From a virus (taxonomy: Duplodnaviria; Heunggongvirae; Uroviricota; Caudoviricetes): DNA of 64,000 nt. Under the pieces are notes generated by a model that was not told the origin of the DNA, made no database searches, and saw only the letters and a list, made by a program, of their open reading frames with translations. The stretch spans positions 1 through 64,000 of IMG/VR virus record IMGVR_UViG_3300045988_009865; one strand, given 5' to 3'. Each line of letters opens with the position of its first letter. Within the stretch, counting starts at the first letter, position 1. The position numbers and the translations under genes were made by a program. Positions 32,862 through 41,420 of this stretch are shown one piece after another.

Positions 32862-32890
32862 TTGACTGATTGTTAAGATGGTGTTAATAT
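32862..32890 (+). promoter_or_regulatory. sigma70-like promoter (TTGACT, 17-nt spacer, TAATAT)
   Basis: -35 32862..32867, -10 32885..32890; 7-bp inverted repeat GATGGTG/CACCATC (32877..32883 / 32906..32912) overlaps it. Confidence 0.5.
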
Positions 32891-32932
32891 TCTTTAGGGT
32901 ATTCTCACCATCTTGGCTGATGAGGTGATTAA

Positions 32933-33130
32933 ATGCCTACAATCCTAGCAATTCTTCTAAAAAATCTAGGTAGCTTCTTCTGGAAACTCATTTTATCCCT
33001 TCTAAGTGAATACATGATTGAGAAAGTGTTCTTTAGGCTTGCAAGATACCTTGCGAGTAAAACAGACACACCTATTGATGATGAGTTCGTAGATAACTTA
33101 GAAAAAGCTTTTAAGGGGGAGAATAAATGA
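32933..33130 (+). CDS. small membrane protein
   Basis: 65 aa, hydrophobic N-terminal half. Confidence 0.45.
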   Translation: MPTILAILLKNLGSFFWKLILSLLSEYMIEKVFFRLARYLASKTDTPIDDEFVDNLEKAFKGENK

Positions 33131-33498
33131 AGTGGCTAGAGGAAGCTTTTAAAAATAATATTGGTGCAATTGTAGTTGGTATTTTTAGTGTTATTGGGAT
33201 GTATACCACCATGCAAGTTTCGGATGGTAAACAAGAAGTGTCTATCACAACAAAGTTACAGCAGTTGGATAATTATTCCAAAAGTAATTATTCAGCTATC
33301 CGTGATTTACAGTCTGATATGAGGTTGCTTCAGCTAGGGATGGAGAACCAGAAAGTCCAGTTAGAGAATGTTAAGGGTGAGAACGCAAAACTTACTAAGA
33401 CTCTTGATAAATTCTCTGATAGTGTGAATAATCTGGCTCAATCAGTATCAGCCCTCCAAGCTATTACTGAAAAGAACACAAAGAATACTGAAAAGTGA
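33127..33498 (+). CDS. membrane-anchored coiled-coil protein
   Basis: 123 aa; N-terminal TM segment then heptad-rich region. Confidence 0.45.
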   Translation: MKWLEEAFKNNIGAIVVGIFSVIGMYTTMQVSDGKQEVSITTKLQQLDNYSKSNYSAIRDLQSDMRLLQLGMENQKVQLENVKGENAKLTKTLDKFSDSVNNLAQSVSALQAITEKNTKNTEK

Positions 33499-33503
33499 AG
33501 TTT

Positions 33504-33534
33504 AAGGCTCCCGTAAAAAGGAGCCTTTTTTGTT
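33504..33534. terminator. bidirectional terminator between convergent modules
   Basis: AGGCTCC-CGTAAAAA-GGAGCCT then TTTTTT on plus strand; lies between plus gene end 33498 and minus gene end 33535. Confidence 0.6.
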
Positions 33535-34434
33535 TTATTTACCTACTGACAAAGGTGCTTCAATCTTTCCTGCATGTTGGTAATTATCAATACCACCAAT
33601 AAAGTCACTTGCAGTGAGATGTTTTAAGTCACTTAAAGTGTTAAGTGGGATACCAATCTCAAAAGTTGGTGCATGGAACTCTTCATTGTTCATCAGTTCA
33701 TAAACCTGCTTCATATGGTTCTGATAAATCTGGGTATCTCCAAAAACACCTATCAAGTACCGTGGAGTGTATCCAGTCATCTTACAAAGAACTTCCAGAA
33801 TAAAGCCATAAGATGCAATGTTAAAGGGAAGTCCTAAAAAGGTGTCTACAGAACGCTGATACCATTGTAAGTCAACTTCACCCTCGTTAGTGATATAAAT
33901 CTGAAACAGAACATGACAAGGTGCTAAAGCCATTGAGTTAGCTGCAATATCTGCTGCATTCCAAGCATTAACAAGCATGTAACGGTCTGTGATATCACCC
34001 TTCATCTTCGTTACTAAGGTATCTAACTGGTCTACAACACAACCATTATGACCTTCAAAGTTTCTCCACTGAACCCCATAAATCCTTCCACCTGCATCTT
34101 CTAACCAATCTTGTTCAGAAGAATAATTAGAGCTTAACCAGCGTTTGAAATCATCTGACCAGATTGTCCAACGTTCTCCGTCATTTTCACCCCAAGTACG
34201 GTAACGGAGTTCACCCAGTTTATTCTCACCGTTCAGGAACCATAAAGCTTCCCCAATAACTTGCCGTGTAAACACCTGTTTAGATGTTAAAAGTGGGAAA
34301 CCAGTTCTCATATCAAAACGAAATTGTGGTGGAGCAAATGCAGAGATAACATCTCCAGTTCGTGTAGTACGCAGTTCACCGACTGATAAAACATGGTTCA
34401 GGATATTTTTGTAACTTGTATCTGCTTGTGACAT
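33535..34434 (-). CDS. thyA: thymidylate synthase
   Basis: 299 aa with active-site PCH motif (ALAPCHVLFQ) and overall ThyA-like sequence. Confidence 0.85.
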   Translation of the reverse strand: MSQADTSYKNILNHVLSVGELRTTRTGDVISAFAPPQFRFDMRTGFPLLTSKQVFTRQVIGEALWFLNGENKLGELRYRTWGENDGERWTIWSDDFKRWLSSNYSSEQDWLEDAGGRIYGVQWRNFEGHNGCVVDQLDTLVTKMKGDITDRYMLVNAWNAADIAANSMALAPCHVLFQIYITNEGEVDLQWYQRSVDTFLGLPFNIASYGFILEVLCKMTGYTPRYLIGVFGDTQIYQNHMKQVYELMNNEEFHAPTFEIGIPLNTLSDLKHLTASDFIGGIDNYQHAGKIEAPLSVGK

Positions 34435-34435
34435 A

Positions 34436-34981
34436 TCAAAAGTGTCCTTTTACTTGTGGAACATAAATTTCAAAGGTTGCTTTACCATCCTCTGATGGTT
34501 TTGACTGTACCTTTGTAAATACACGGTTATCATACAGCTTCTCAAAGAAGTTTTCAAAAGGTAAATGCACAGTGGCCTCTTCAGTAACTTTATGGAAAAC
34601 TGTATGGAAAACTACACCAGCATACGGTAAAGCATTGACAAGGACACCTGCACCACCAATTACAAATACATCTTCATCAATAGAGCTATCAAGATAGTTC
34701 AAAAATGCTCCAAAGGATTCTTTGCTGGCCTTAGCATACATTACATCATCTTTGCCAAAATCTATGCCTAAATATGGTACAGAGTTTGTTAAGATGAGGT
34801 TTGCACGTTCTGGTAAAGGTTTACTTCCCAGAGTCTTGAAAGTTTCATTACCCATCACTACTAAGTTGTTTTTAGTGAGTCTCTTAAACTCTTGCATATC
34901 TTGCTTATGTCGAGGCCACGGCATACCAGTTGGAGTACCAAACTCACCATTTTCACCACTTGCAAAGATTAATTTAATCAT
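34436..34981 (-). CDS. dihydrofolate reductase
   Basis: 181 aa; N-terminal MIKLIFA...MPW DHFR signature. Confidence 0.8.
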   Translation of the reverse strand: MIKLIFASGENGEFGTPTGMPWPRHKQDMQEFKRLTKNNLVVMGNETFKTLGSKPLPERANLILTNSVPYLGIDFGKDDVMYAKASKESFGAFLNYLDSSIDEDVFVIGGAGVLVNALPYAGVVFHTVFHKVTEEATVHLPFENFFEKLYDNRVFTKVQSKPSEDGKATFEIYVPQVKGHF

Positions 34982-35238
34982 TTTGTAAAACCTTTCTTAA
35001 TGAACCAGTTGATAACAGTCTTCACAGCTTTATTGCTATGGTAGATTAAGTGTGGTACAGGTTGGTATGAACCATAAGCCCAGAAAGCAATAATTTCACT
35101 ACACTCTGTACACCTTGTACTCTCTTCAGCAATATGACCATTGACTATTTCACTTACCTCGCCTTGTAAGTCTGTGCATCCACAATGCGGACAACGGATA
35201 GGTGCTCCGTCAGACTCATAGCAGTGTTCAATTTTCAT
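34978..35238 (-). CDS. zinc-ribbon protein
   Basis: 86 aa; CPHCGC ... CTEC motifs. Confidence 0.5.
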   Translation of the reverse strand: MKIEHCYESDGAPIRCPHCGCTDLQGEVSEIVNGHIAEESTRCTECSEIIAFWAYGSYQPVPHLIYHSNKAVKTVINWFIKKGFTK

Positions 35239-35754
35239 TTATTTAACCTCAAAAACTGGTTCAAGAACCAATATAAAATCTACACAGTCATCTTCTTCAT
35301 CCAGAATACCATCAAAGTTCTTAGGAACGAAGTCGAAGAGGCTCATAACAAAGCAGTCAAAAGTAACCCTGATAGTTCCTCCCATATTCTCTACAGTCAA
35401 CACTGTACGACTTTCTTTTACCTCTCTCAGAAGATTACTCACAAAGTCATCTAAGAAGTACTTCATCAGTGACTTAAAGCCTTTAGGGTAATCTGTACCA
35501 GAGTATGTTTCAATCTGAGGTACAAGCTTAACATTTATGCTAGTCTTTGTTAAGAATGTGCTAGAGAACATACTATCAGGTAACTTACAAACAGTCTTTC
35601 CAGTACCTTCATGCTCAATCTCAACAAAACCAGCTTCGTCGCCACATGTAACTATTTTAAAAGATGCTTCATTCTCATACTGTGAAGCCATAAACTTTTT
35701 AAGCATTTCTTTAAGGAAGTCTGCATGAGCATCTTGTAAGTAGATATCAATCAT
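35239..35754 (-). CDS. hypothetical protein
   Basis: 171-aa ORF, coupled. Confidence 0.5.
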   Translation of the reverse strand: MIDIYLQDAHADFLKEMLKKFMASQYENEASFKIVTCGDEAGFVEIEHEGTGKTVCKLPDSMFSSTFLTKTSINVKLVPQIETYSGTDYPKGFKSLMKYFLDDFVSNLLREVKESRTVLTVENMGGTIRVTFDCFVMSLFDFVPKNFDGILDEEDDCVDFILVLEPVFEVK

Positions 35755-35767
35755 AGTTAATCACCTA

Positions 35768-36127
35768 TTATGGGAACAAGCACTTAATGTCATCGTTTTT
35801 GAAAACAAAACTTGTGTAGTTGTGACCGTCAACATCCAGCCAAACAGCCTGAACATCCACACCATCAAGATTGTGGTAAAGTTCTTTGATGAAGTGGTCT
35901 TTCACAATCTGGCTGCTAGTTGTTTCCAGCTTAATGTTCGAGATTGCTGAACCTACAGCCATATAGCCCATGACCCGTTTCTTCTCAGTATGCTTAATCT
36001 TACCATCTTTGTAAGCCATAATGAGATTGGAAAGAATTTTTACACCATAATACTTTTCAAGGTGAGTAGGTACACCATAAAAGCCTAATGCGAAGTTTTC
36101 AGAGTGGATAATGTTTTCACGTTTCAT
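35768..36127 (-). CDS. hypothetical protein
   Basis: 119-aa ORF. Confidence 0.5.
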   Translation of the reverse strand: MKRENIIHSENFALGFYGVPTHLEKYYGVKILSNLIMAYKDGKIKHTEKKRVMGYMAVGSAISNIKLETTSSQIVKDHFIKELYHNLDGVDVQAVWLDVDGHNYTSFVFKNDDIKCLFP

Positions 36128-36128
36128 A

Positions 36129-36458
36129 TTAATCTGCCAACCTTAAATTGAAATTAACACCAAATTTTTCGCATACTTCCAACATAAACTCAAGAGAGAC
36201 ATTACCAGTGAGATTAATTATGTTGGATACACGAGCCTGAGAGATACCACAAATTTTAGCAACTTGCTCTTGAGAAAGACCTCTGGATTTAATCTCTCTC
36301 TTAAAACGATGTGCAACGAAGTCTCTCATTTCGTCTACATCCATTGGACAAACATAACTCTCCATTTCAGCCTCTCTGTCAGCCTCCCAATCATCTTGTG
36401 GAGCATAAGGGTCAAAAACCTCATTCATCTTTCTTCTTCCGTTTACGTGAAGTGTCAA
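36129..36458 (-). CDS. HTH (XRE-like) transcriptional regulator
   Basis: C-terminal helix-turn-helix LSQEQVAKICGISQARVSNI. Confidence 0.6.
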   Translation of the reverse strand: MTLHVNGRRKMNEVFDPYAPQDDWEADREAEMESYVCPMDVDEMRDFVAHRFKREIKSRGLSQEQVAKICGISQARVSNIINLTGNVSLEFMLEVCEKFGVNFNLRLAD

Positions 36459-36633
36459 TCAATGAATCTATGTTTGTAGCCCTAACCTTTTCACGTTCAT
36501 CGTTGAGATAATCGTCAAGAGCCTTCTCAATCTGTGAATCATCTTGACAGATAACTGTAAAGACTGTAAAGCCGTCTGTATCGTCAATTATCTTACCATA
36601 ACCGCTTCTGGGATGTAACTTTTTAAGAGCCAT
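36421..36633 (-). CDS. hypothetical protein
   Basis: 70-aa ORF; overlaps downstream gene by 38 nt so start uncertain. Confidence 0.4.
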   Translation of the reverse strand: MALKKLHPRSGYGKIIDDTDGFTVFTVICQDDSQIEKALDDYLNDEREKVRATNIDSLIDTSRKRKKKDE

Positions 36634-36634
36634 A

Positions 36635-37018
36635 TCAAATACCTGTGCAGCTTCTGTTTTCTAAGAAATACTCAACACCATACATAGCTTTTTGCATCAA
36701 ATCTTCTTTAAACTGGATACGATGGTTGAGCATAGCCTGTACATCAATATCATCACGGTGTTTCTCTTTAATGTTTGCAGATTGAAGGAAATACTCTGCA
36801 AGAACACGATACTGATAGTCAGTTACCTTATCCGTCATCTCTGTCAAAGACTCTTCAGAGATTGGTTTAAGCAACTCACCATTAGATAGAGCAACACCTT
36901 TAACAATCTGACAAGTGTCTTCTGGAACACCTGATAAGTCCACATTTGGAAGTTCTGTTGCATTGACTGGTAAATTTATTGCCATAACCATTGCAGCAGC
37001 TAATAAAATCTTTTTCAT
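36635..37018 (-). CDS. secreted protein (N-terminal signal peptide)
   Basis: MKKILLAAAMVMAINLPVNA signal-like N-terminus; GAGGT RBS. Confidence 0.55.
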   Translation of the reverse strand: MKKILLAAAMVMAINLPVNATELPNVDLSGVPEDTCQIVKGVALSNGELLKPISEESLTEMTDKVTDYQYRVLAEYFLQSANIKEKHRDDIDVQAMLNHRIQFKEDLMQKAMYGVEYFLENRSCTGI

Positions 37019-37062
37019 AATGACCTCAAAGTTATATTAAATTTTGTATTACGTTGAGTATA

Positions 37063-37091
37063 AAAATAAGCTATAACACCTGACTTGTCAA
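37063..37091 (-). promoter_or_regulatory. candidate minus-strand promoter (TTGACA, 17-nt spacer, TATTTT) inside 8-bp palindrome
   Basis: plus-strand TGTCAA 37086..37091 and AAAATA 37063..37068; inverted repeat AAGCTATA/TATAGCTT (37070..37077 / 37100..37107). Confidence 0.4.
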
Positions 37092-37126
37092 CAGATTTTA
37101 TAGCTTATTTGGCAGATTTTTTATAA

Positions 37127-37213
37127 GGCTACTGCCATCCTTCCATACATTACCTTACCTTACCTCACCTGACCTGACCTGACCCTACCTAACATTACCG
37201 TGCCACACCTCAC
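37127..37213. repeat. pentanucleotide tandem-repeat block A1 (ACC every 5 nt on plus strand)
   Basis: TTACC TTACC TTACC TCACC TGACC TGACC TGACC CTACC TAACA TTACC GTGCC ACACC; plus strand nearly G-free. Confidence 0.8.
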
Positions 37214-37243
37214 TTAAGAACCCTCTTAAAAGACTCTTAAGTG
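37207..37243. repeat. conserved hairpin CACTTAAG-AACCCTCTTAAAAGACT-CTTAAGTG
   Basis: 8-bp inverted repeat; near-identical copy at 38749..38787. Confidence 0.6.
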
Positions 37244-37270
37244 ATGTAATCGAATTTTTATGTAGCTCCG

Positions 37271-37336
37271 ATTAACTACCCATACCTCACCTCATCCAAC
37301 CATACCATGCCTTACCAGACCGCACCTTACCTTACT
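37271..37336. repeat. pentanucleotide tandem-repeat block A2
   Basis: period-5 CNNAC pentamers (CATAC CTCAC ... CTTAC CTTAC) preceded by ATGTAGCTCCGATTAACTACCCATACC, which has a counterpart before block B2. Confidence 0.75.
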
Positions 37337-37354
37337 AAAAGACCCTGTTTAAAG

Positions 37355-37386
37355 ACCTTTTAAAAAGGAGCCTCCGAAGAGGCTAC
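37355..37386 (-). terminator. rho-independent terminator for minus gene 37396..37836
   Basis: AGCCTC-CGAA-GAGGCT followed on minus strand by CTTTTT; preceded by 31-nt conserved AAAAGACCCTGTTTAAAGACCTTTTAAAAAGG. Confidence 0.5.
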
Positions 37387-37395
37387 CTAGTCAAC

Positions 37396-37836
37396 TTAGA
37401 AAGGTTTTCTACGTTGCTTGTTAATGTTAGCTTTCATAGCAGCTAAATGGTTTTGCTGTTCAATCAGTCGTGAACGTTCTTGATGACTAAGTGCCATAGT
37501 GTTCACATTCTCAATCGCTTGAGTGGCTTGCTTTAAAGCTCGACCAATCTTGCCAGACATTTTACGTTTTGCAATAGTTGCTTGATGCTTAGGTTCAACC
37601 ACACGATAACCAACACCCATTGAAGCAACCAGATAAATCTTCTCTTCTTTAAGAAGCTTCTCAATAAACTTCTCAAGTCGGTTTAGACGTGTAAGCGCAT
37701 AAGCCTTCATTTCATCTTCGTACTTAACAATGTCACCTTGATAAGTTGGCTTCACAATACCTAAGAAGGTATCCATCTCAGAATGTGATACAGTGTCACC
37801 GTAACTAAACTTTGCTGCTAATGCTTTTGTATTCAT
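37396..37836 (-). CDS. hypothetical protein
   Basis: 146-aa ORF. Confidence 0.5.
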   Translation of the reverse strand: MNTKALAAKFSYGDTVSHSEMDTFLGIVKPTYQGDIVKYEDEMKAYALTRLNRLEKFIEKLLKEEKIYLVASMGVGYRVVEPKHQATIAKRKMSGKIGRALKQATQAIENVNTMALSHQERSRLIEQQNHLAAMKANINKQRRKPF

Positions 37837-37838
37837 AA

Positions 37839-38444
<606 letters not shown>

Positions 38445-38517
38445 TTAGTTTATTGTTAAGTTGTTTGTAAAGAACCCTCAACAGAAGACTCTTTAGAAAC
38501 TTGGTAGATTTTTAATG

Positions 38518-38600
38518 TGGCTACTACCATCCACCCATACCTCACAACACCATGCCATACCCGACCGGACAAGACCAGACCCTACCGCGCCAGACCTCAT
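38518..38600. repeat. pentanucleotide tandem-repeat block B1
   Basis: ACCNN pentamers (ACCTC ACAAC ACCAT ... ACCAG ACCCT ACCGC); preceded by GGCTACTACCATCC (A1 has GGCTACTGCCATCC). Confidence 0.75.
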
Positions 38601-38620
38601 TAAAAGACCCTATTTAAAGA

Positions 38621-38662
38621 CCTTTTAAAAAGGTAAGTCTCATTTTAATGTAGCTGAGACTA
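38621..38662 (-). terminator. hairpin AGTCTCA...TGAGACT with T-run on minus strand, between blocks B2 and B1
   Basis: 7-bp stem 38636..38642 / 38655..38661, then TACCTTTTT on minus strand; adjacent 31-nt conserved sequence shared with region A. Confidence 0.45.
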
Positions 38663-38752
38663 ACTACCCATACCCTACTTTACCTTACCGTACCGTACTT
38701 TACCCGACCGTACCGGACAATACTTAACCCTACCTCACCCGACCGGACATCA
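38657..38752. repeat. pentanucleotide tandem-repeat block B2
   Basis: about 19 tandem NNACC/NNGAC pentamers (TTTAC CTTAC CGTAC CGTAC TTTAC CCGAC CGTAC CGGAC ...). Confidence 0.8.
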
Positions 38753-38787
38753 CTTAAAAACCCTCTTAAAAGACTCTTAAGTGATGC
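38749..38787. repeat. conserved hairpin ATCACTTAA-AAACCCTCTTAAAAGACTC-TTAAGTGAT
   Basis: 9-bp inverted repeat; copy of 37207..37243. Confidence 0.6.
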
Positions 38788-38816
38788 TGGTGAGTACCCG
38801 TTGGTTTATGCTGCTC

Positions 38817-38844
38817 AGTATACTCACCAAATTTTCTATGTCAA
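38817..38844 (-). promoter_or_regulatory. minus-strand sigma70-like promoter (TTGACA, 16-nt spacer, TATACT) pointing into block B2
   Basis: plus-strand TGTCAA 38839..38844 and AGTATA 38817..38822; 8-bp inverted repeat GGTGAGTA/TACTCACC overlaps -10; immediately after ligase stop. Confidence 0.5.
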
Positions 38845-38850
38845 CAACTT

Positions 38851-39987
38851 TTATTCATAATCTCGTATAACCAGCCCAACAGGGAACTGTAAAGACCCCT
38901 TACGAGTCATCTTCTGGAACTGAACCGTTAAAGGCTTCCCGATAAACTCTTCAGGATGCTCAGCAAGATACTGTTTCTTCTCATGAGTAGTCTTCCATGA
39001 GACATCTACAAAGACATTAGGAAGAGTCTCTACAACGAACTTGCCATGACCACGTTTATCTGTCTTTACACCAGTCACTTTAAACTCTTCAGTGTGCATC
39101 TTCTTGTGCTTAATCAAGAAGTATGAACGGTGACAACACTCATAGAAGGAGTCTTCAGAGATTGAACGGTACATTGCACCTTCAAACTTAGCTTCAACCC
39201 ACTTATCATGAGCTTCATCAAACTCTTCCCAAGAATTTACACGACGAGACTTAACAGGAACAACTTTACAGCCGTCTCTGAAGTCATTCAATGGTGAAGT
39301 CTCAATAATATCTCTACGCTCAGGCCACGTCATAGTACTGTCACAGATATCGTACCAGTAGAACTGGAGTAGATGTCGGTCTGGATTGTCAGCATTCTTA
39401 ATCATAGACACAATATCTTCTAAGTCCCAACCATGAGCATAAATCTCACCATCAAAGTCTTCGACTTGTGGATGCAATTTAAGCAACAAAAGCAAATCTG
39501 GGGTTAGTTCTTCTGGGACGTTGTAAATAGTATTCTCACGAGAATAAGCCGTGAAGTTAACTAAATCAGCATCTCTTGAAATCCTACAACGGACACCATC
39601 AAGTTTCGGTTGAGCATCAGCAGGGAACTTCAGATACTTTGCGTGACTAACCTTTGCAGCATCATGAGCAAGCTGTACACCTACCTTTTCAGTATTCTGT
39701 GCAGACTCTTTTGTGTAAGCATAACCTTTACGGTCAACTTGCTTTTTATACTTAGCAGCAACTTCAAAGAGAGCTTGCTGTTCAGCGTTACGCTCATTCT
39801 TTTTACCGATGTTTTTAGGTTCTGCTGTATACTCTTCAAACATCATCTTGCCATTTTCTTTGCCATACGTGGTAACAACTTTGTCACCTACAGCGACACA
39901 TGACCAGACGTTAAAAGAGCCATCTTTATTTTGTTTATACAGTATTGTCATTTTATTCCTCTGAGTGATACCAAGTATTGCAAGCAT
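38851..39987 (-). CDS. ATP-dependent DNA ligase
   Basis: adenylation motif I KLDGVR (PKLDGVRCRI); 378 aa. Confidence 0.7.
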   Translation of the reverse strand: MLAILGITQRNKMTILYKQNKDGSFNVWSCVAVGDKVVTTYGKENGKMMFEEYTAEPKNIGKKNERNAEQQALFEVAAKYKKQVDRKGYAYTKESAQNTEKVGVQLAHDAAKVSHAKYLKFPADAQPKLDGVRCRISRDADLVNFTAYSRENTIYNVPEELTPDLLLLLKLHPQVEDFDGEIYAHGWDLEDIVSMIKNADNPDRHLLQFYWYDICDSTMTWPERRDIIETSPLNDFRDGCKVVPVKSRRVNSWEEFDEAHDKWVEAKFEGAMYRSISEDSFYECCHRSYFLIKHKKMHTEEFKVTGVKTDKRGHGKFVVETLPNVFVDVSWKTTHEKKQYLAEHPEEFIGKPLTVQFQKMTRKGSLQFPVGLVIRDYE

Positions 39988-40144
39988 TACATGCGTAAAG
40001 CTCTAAGTCATTTTTGTCTGGTTTATGAAAACAGTTTGCTCTGCAGTGGCAACGAAACGGCTTTCCACCAACTGTCAGGATGAAGGATTGAACCTTTCCA
40101 TCAGGAGTCCGTACAGCATTTTTATGCTTGTCTTCTTTATTCAT
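39953..40144 (-). CDS. small Cys/His-rich protein
   Basis: 63 aa; CHC...CFH...CNACNTWYH; overlaps ligase start. Confidence 0.4.
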   Translation of the reverse strand: MNKEDKHKNAVRTPDGKVQSFILTVGGKPFRCHCRANCFHKPDKNDLELYACNACNTWYHSEE

Positions 40145-40300
40145 TTGTGCTATTGCCTTTGTCAGATTTCATATAGGACATGTTACTATGCCTTTTAATA
40201 AAATGTACAACGCATTTTGGTGTATCTTTTGGGTCTTTGATGTGCAATCTATCGAAACTGTGTACTGTGAAGGTTGCATCTGTCATTGTCTGCTTAGGTT

Positions 40301-40507
40301 TCATTTTCTCTTACCACCAATCTCTACGTCAATGACTTGAACATCACCAGCAACATCAAACTTATGAATGATGCTTTCCACAGTGTAAGTCCAACCCTCG
40401 ATTCGAACCAACTCACCTTCTCGTGGGACGATTGGGTTACGTTGAGCTACGGTTGTAGTGGAGTGCACAACATCATAACAGTAGATATAGTTTACTAGGA
40501 CTTCCAT
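40301..40507 (-). CDS. hypothetical protein
   Basis: track ORF 40301..40606 overlaps neighbour; internal ATG (MEVLVNYIY...) preferred. Confidence 0.35.
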   Translation of the reverse strand: MEVLVNYIYCYDVVHSTTTVAQRNPIVPREGELVRIEGWTYTVESIIHKFDVAGDVQVIDVEIGGKRK

Positions 40508-40517
40508 CTTGAACACC

Positions 40518-40778
40518 TCACTCAATAACAGTAGTGTGTGATTGACCATTTTTACCATAGCTATAAGATGTTGTTGTTTGAGAGTTTGGACATCTGACAA
40601 CAACAATGTCTCTGCTTATGGCATCACCATGTAACTTATAGACTTTGCAATCTTGCATCTCTGGTGGGAAGCTATAAGAAGCGTTTTTGTCCTCGTAAGA
40701 GGGATTACAGCCAGATAGAAAGATAACACTAAGCACAATTACTGCTTTCCACATAATACTTCTCCTATTACTGTTCAC
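40518..40778 (-). CDS. putative lipoprotein
   Basis: signal peptide plus lipobox (VIFLSGC); AGGAGA RBS. Confidence 0.5.
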   Translation of the reverse strand: MNSNRRSIMWKAVIVLSVIFLSGCNPSYEDKNASYSFPPEMQDCKVYKLHGDAISRDIVVVRCPNSQTTTSYSYGKNGQSHTTVIE

Positions 40779-40923
40779 GATGTTCTACTTCTCTGTACGT
40801 TCGTCGATAGTTTATAATAAGCTGTGCTAACTCGTTGCTTTTAACATCTGAACGTAGGAGTTGCCAATCAAAACCTTTACCGACTCTTCCATATAAACTA
40901 AAGAATTTTACTTTGCGTTTCAT
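40768..40923 (-). CDS. small hypothetical protein (50 aa)
   Basis: hand-translated MKRKVKFFSLYGRVGKGFDWQ...; GGAGATA RBS within repeated junction motif. Confidence 0.4.
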   Translation of the reverse strand: MKRKVKFFSLYGRVGKGFDWQLLRSDVKSNELAQLIINYRRTYREVEHREQ

Positions 40924-40930
40924 TTTGGTA

Positions 40931-40953
40931 TCTCCAATACTCAGATGTCAATG
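40931..40953 (-). repeat. repeated gene-junction motif copy 1 (minus-strand ATTGACATCTGAGTATTGGAGATA)
   Basis: near-identical to 41163..41183; spans stop of upstream gene, RBS and start of next gene. Confidence 0.5.
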
Positions 40954-41153
40954 CTAATACGTTCACCCTTAAGGACTCCTGTACGGTCCCTTGCAATCTT
41001 ACCGTCAACAATAAGGATATGTGCAGACCTTAAAGATTCGCCATTAAAAGCTTTTACGAACTTACAAGGCATTACCACAATAGACATCTCCTGAATCAAC
41101 TCTGGAGTATAGCAATTGTCGTGAAGTTGCTGAATAACGTCTGCAAGTGTCAT
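40941..41153 (-). CDS. hypothetical protein
   Basis: track start is TTG at 41168; ATG at 41153 with GGAGA RBS preferred; ATGA overlap with upstream stop. Confidence 0.45.
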   Translation of the reverse strand: MTLADVIQQLHDNCYTPELIQEMSIVVMPCKFVKAFNGESLRSAHILIVDGKIARDRTGVLKGERISIDI

Positions 41154-41359
41154 TTTTGATGTCTCCAATACTCAATGTCAATAAGTTCTTGTGCAATGCT
41201 TTTCAGATTGCCTTTCAAGAAAACCTTCTCAGAACCTGAAAGAGATGAATTGTCAATTAGCCTGTTCATTCTCTCAAACAACTTCTGCTTACGATTCTTG
41301 ATAGTCTCCTTTGAAGCACCTTTCATCATCGCTGCATGGGTTCTTCCACGGTGGCTCAT
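41150..41359 (-). CDS. hypothetical protein
   Basis: 69-aa ORF. Confidence 0.45.
   Translation of the reverse strand: MSHRGRTHAAMMKGASKETIKNRKQKLFERMNRLIDNSSLSGSEKVFLKGNLKSIAQELIDIEYWRHQK
41163..41183 (-). repeat. repeated gene-junction motif copy 2 (minus-strand ATTGACATTGAGTATTGGAGACA)
   Basis: differs from copy 1 by a 1-nt indel that changes where the upstream frame terminates. Confidence 0.5.
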
Positions 41360-41420
41360 AAGCCCTCCTATATAAGATATTGTATAAGGTACTCTTCCAT
41401 GAGCACCTTGTCAATACTAA

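Noticed and set aside
40931-41183. TTGACA within the repeated junction motif as a -35 promoter element
   Set aside because: It sits about 9 nt upstream of the RBS, too close to leave room for a spacer, -10 and transcript start; it lies inside the upstream coding sequence.
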